Shown: piece by piece, positions 54,674 to 55,354 of the stretch
Position numbering within the stretch: position 1 is the first letter of the stretch
How the letters are laid out: each line of letters starts with the position of its first letter
Origin: Candidatus Eiseniibacteriota bacterium
GTDB lineage: Bacteria > Eisenbacteria > RBG-16-71-46 > JABDJR01 > JAWXBZ01
Assembly: GCA_034440375.1 (NCBI GenBank)
Contig: JAWXBZ010000045.1
Coordinates: 1-55,354, forward strand
Reading direction: 5' to 3'
DNA: 55,354 nucleotides
Notes under the pieces: generated by a model
Databases searched by the model: none
What the model was told of the DNA's origin: nothing
What the model saw: the letters and a program-made list of their open reading frames with translations, nothing else
Program-made: the position numbers and the translations under genes

Positions 54674-54900
54674 CTGTCCATTTCCGCGCCCAATCCCTCA
54701 TCGGCAAGAGCCTGTTCGGCTGTCGGGTCAAGTTTTGCGCATTCTTCGGCGAGGCGCCGGTGTTCGAGGCGATCCAGTTGCCCGGTCACAGCGGCCTCAA
54801 TTGCCTGGCTCCGGTTCGGATAGCGCGCGTCCCGTACCAGCCGATCGACACGTTGAAGCGTGCGTGTATCAAGTGTTACCGCAACCTTGGTCTTGGCCAT
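54658..54900 (-). CDS. Ribbon-helix-helix antitoxin (CopG/MazE-like)
   Basis: KTKVAVTLD..L..VD...YPNRSQAIEAAV; acidic C-terminus; AGGAGG RBS; overlaps the toxin start. Confidence 0.88.
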   Translation of the reverse strand: MAKTKVAVTLDTRTLQRVDRLVRDARYPNRSQAIEAAVTGQLDRLEHRRLAEECAKLDPTAEQALADEGLGAEMDRWPEY

Positions 54901-54909
54901 AAATCCTCC

Positions 54910-54932
54910 TAGTATGATAATATATCATACTA
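54910..54932. promoter_or_regulatory. TA autorepression operator
   Basis: Perfect palindrome TAGTATGATA-ATA-TATCATACTA directly upstream of the antitoxin RBS. Confidence 0.75.
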
Positions 54933-55057
54933 AAAGCGCTGGCAAGAACTTCAACCGGATTGATGCGAATTGCGGACGACCGGGCCGGCCGGCGGACGTT
55001 GACAGCTCAGAGTTGGCTTCGGGATGATCCGTGGGTAGTCTTTCGGTTGGGGGCCTC

Positions 55058-55354
55058 CTACCGCACCCGCAACACCCGCCCTGTCGACGCCTGTCCGGCA
55101 TCGCCCGTGAGTCGATAGAAGTACATCCCGGACGGGACCTCCGCGCCGACATCATCGCGTCCATCCCAGTCGACGGCGTGGGGGCCGGCGTCCATGACCT
55201 GGTTCACGAGTGTCCGGACGAGTCGGCCGTCGGGGGCGTGAACTCGGATGGCGACGCGGCCGCGTAACGGCAGTGAAAATCCGATGCGTGCGGCGGTGTG
55301 GAAGGGATTGGGGTGGGCGGGGCCGGCGGCGAAGACGAGCGCAACGTCCTGGCC
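55058..55354 (-). CDS. C-terminal fragment of a secreted protein ending in a FlgD-Ig CTD; its 5' end lies outside the window
   Basis: Manual translation: ..AHPNPFHTAARIGFSLP..DGRLVRTLV..AGPHAVDWDGRDDVGAEVPSGMYFYRL..RVLRVR*. Confidence 0.85.
   Translation of the reverse strand, partial: GQDVALVFAAGPAHPNPFHTAARIGFSLPLRGRVAIRVHAPDGRLVRTLVNQVMDAGPHAVDWDGRDDVGAEVPSGMYFYRLTGDAGQASTGRVLRVR

Noticed and set aside
54252-55057. Prophage or integrative element at tRNA-Glu
   Set aside because: No integrase and no att duplication; only a TA pair is present.

Overview
A GC-rich, gene-dense bacterial chromosome segment of about 40 CDS and 2 tRNAs. There is no CRISPR array, prophage or IS element. FlgD-Ig C-terminal domains, tandem C25 proteases, a Bacteroidota-style ExbB/ExbD/ExbD/TonB unit and MqnD suggest an uncultured FCB-superphylum organism such as Ca. 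Eisenbacteria or Krumholzibacteria (inference). Housekeeping genes: mqnD, rpiA, CIRCE-groESL, nrdJ with tandem NrdR boxes, iscS-iscA, fba, folB-folK-dNK-panB-panC, a PpiD-like chaperone, gltX-tRNA-Gln-tRNA-Glu, and a MazEF-type islet. Strongest leads: (1) a sigma54 module in which a PAS kinase and NtrC-family activator precede UAS-like repeats, IHF sites and a near-consensus -24/-12 promoter, upstream of a lone receiver protein and a 28-aa Lys/Ala histone-H1-like peptide absent from the ORF track; (2) two unrelated secreted proteins sharing a short C-terminal P-[ST]-S-W-S-R-[IV]-K tail, a candidate protein-sorting signal that coexists with FlgD/T9SS-like CTDs and C25 proteases; (3) a TPR-STAS-ExbB-ExbD-ExbD-TonB-TonB operon with no receptor gene. 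All calls come from reading motifs by eye; no database searches were run.
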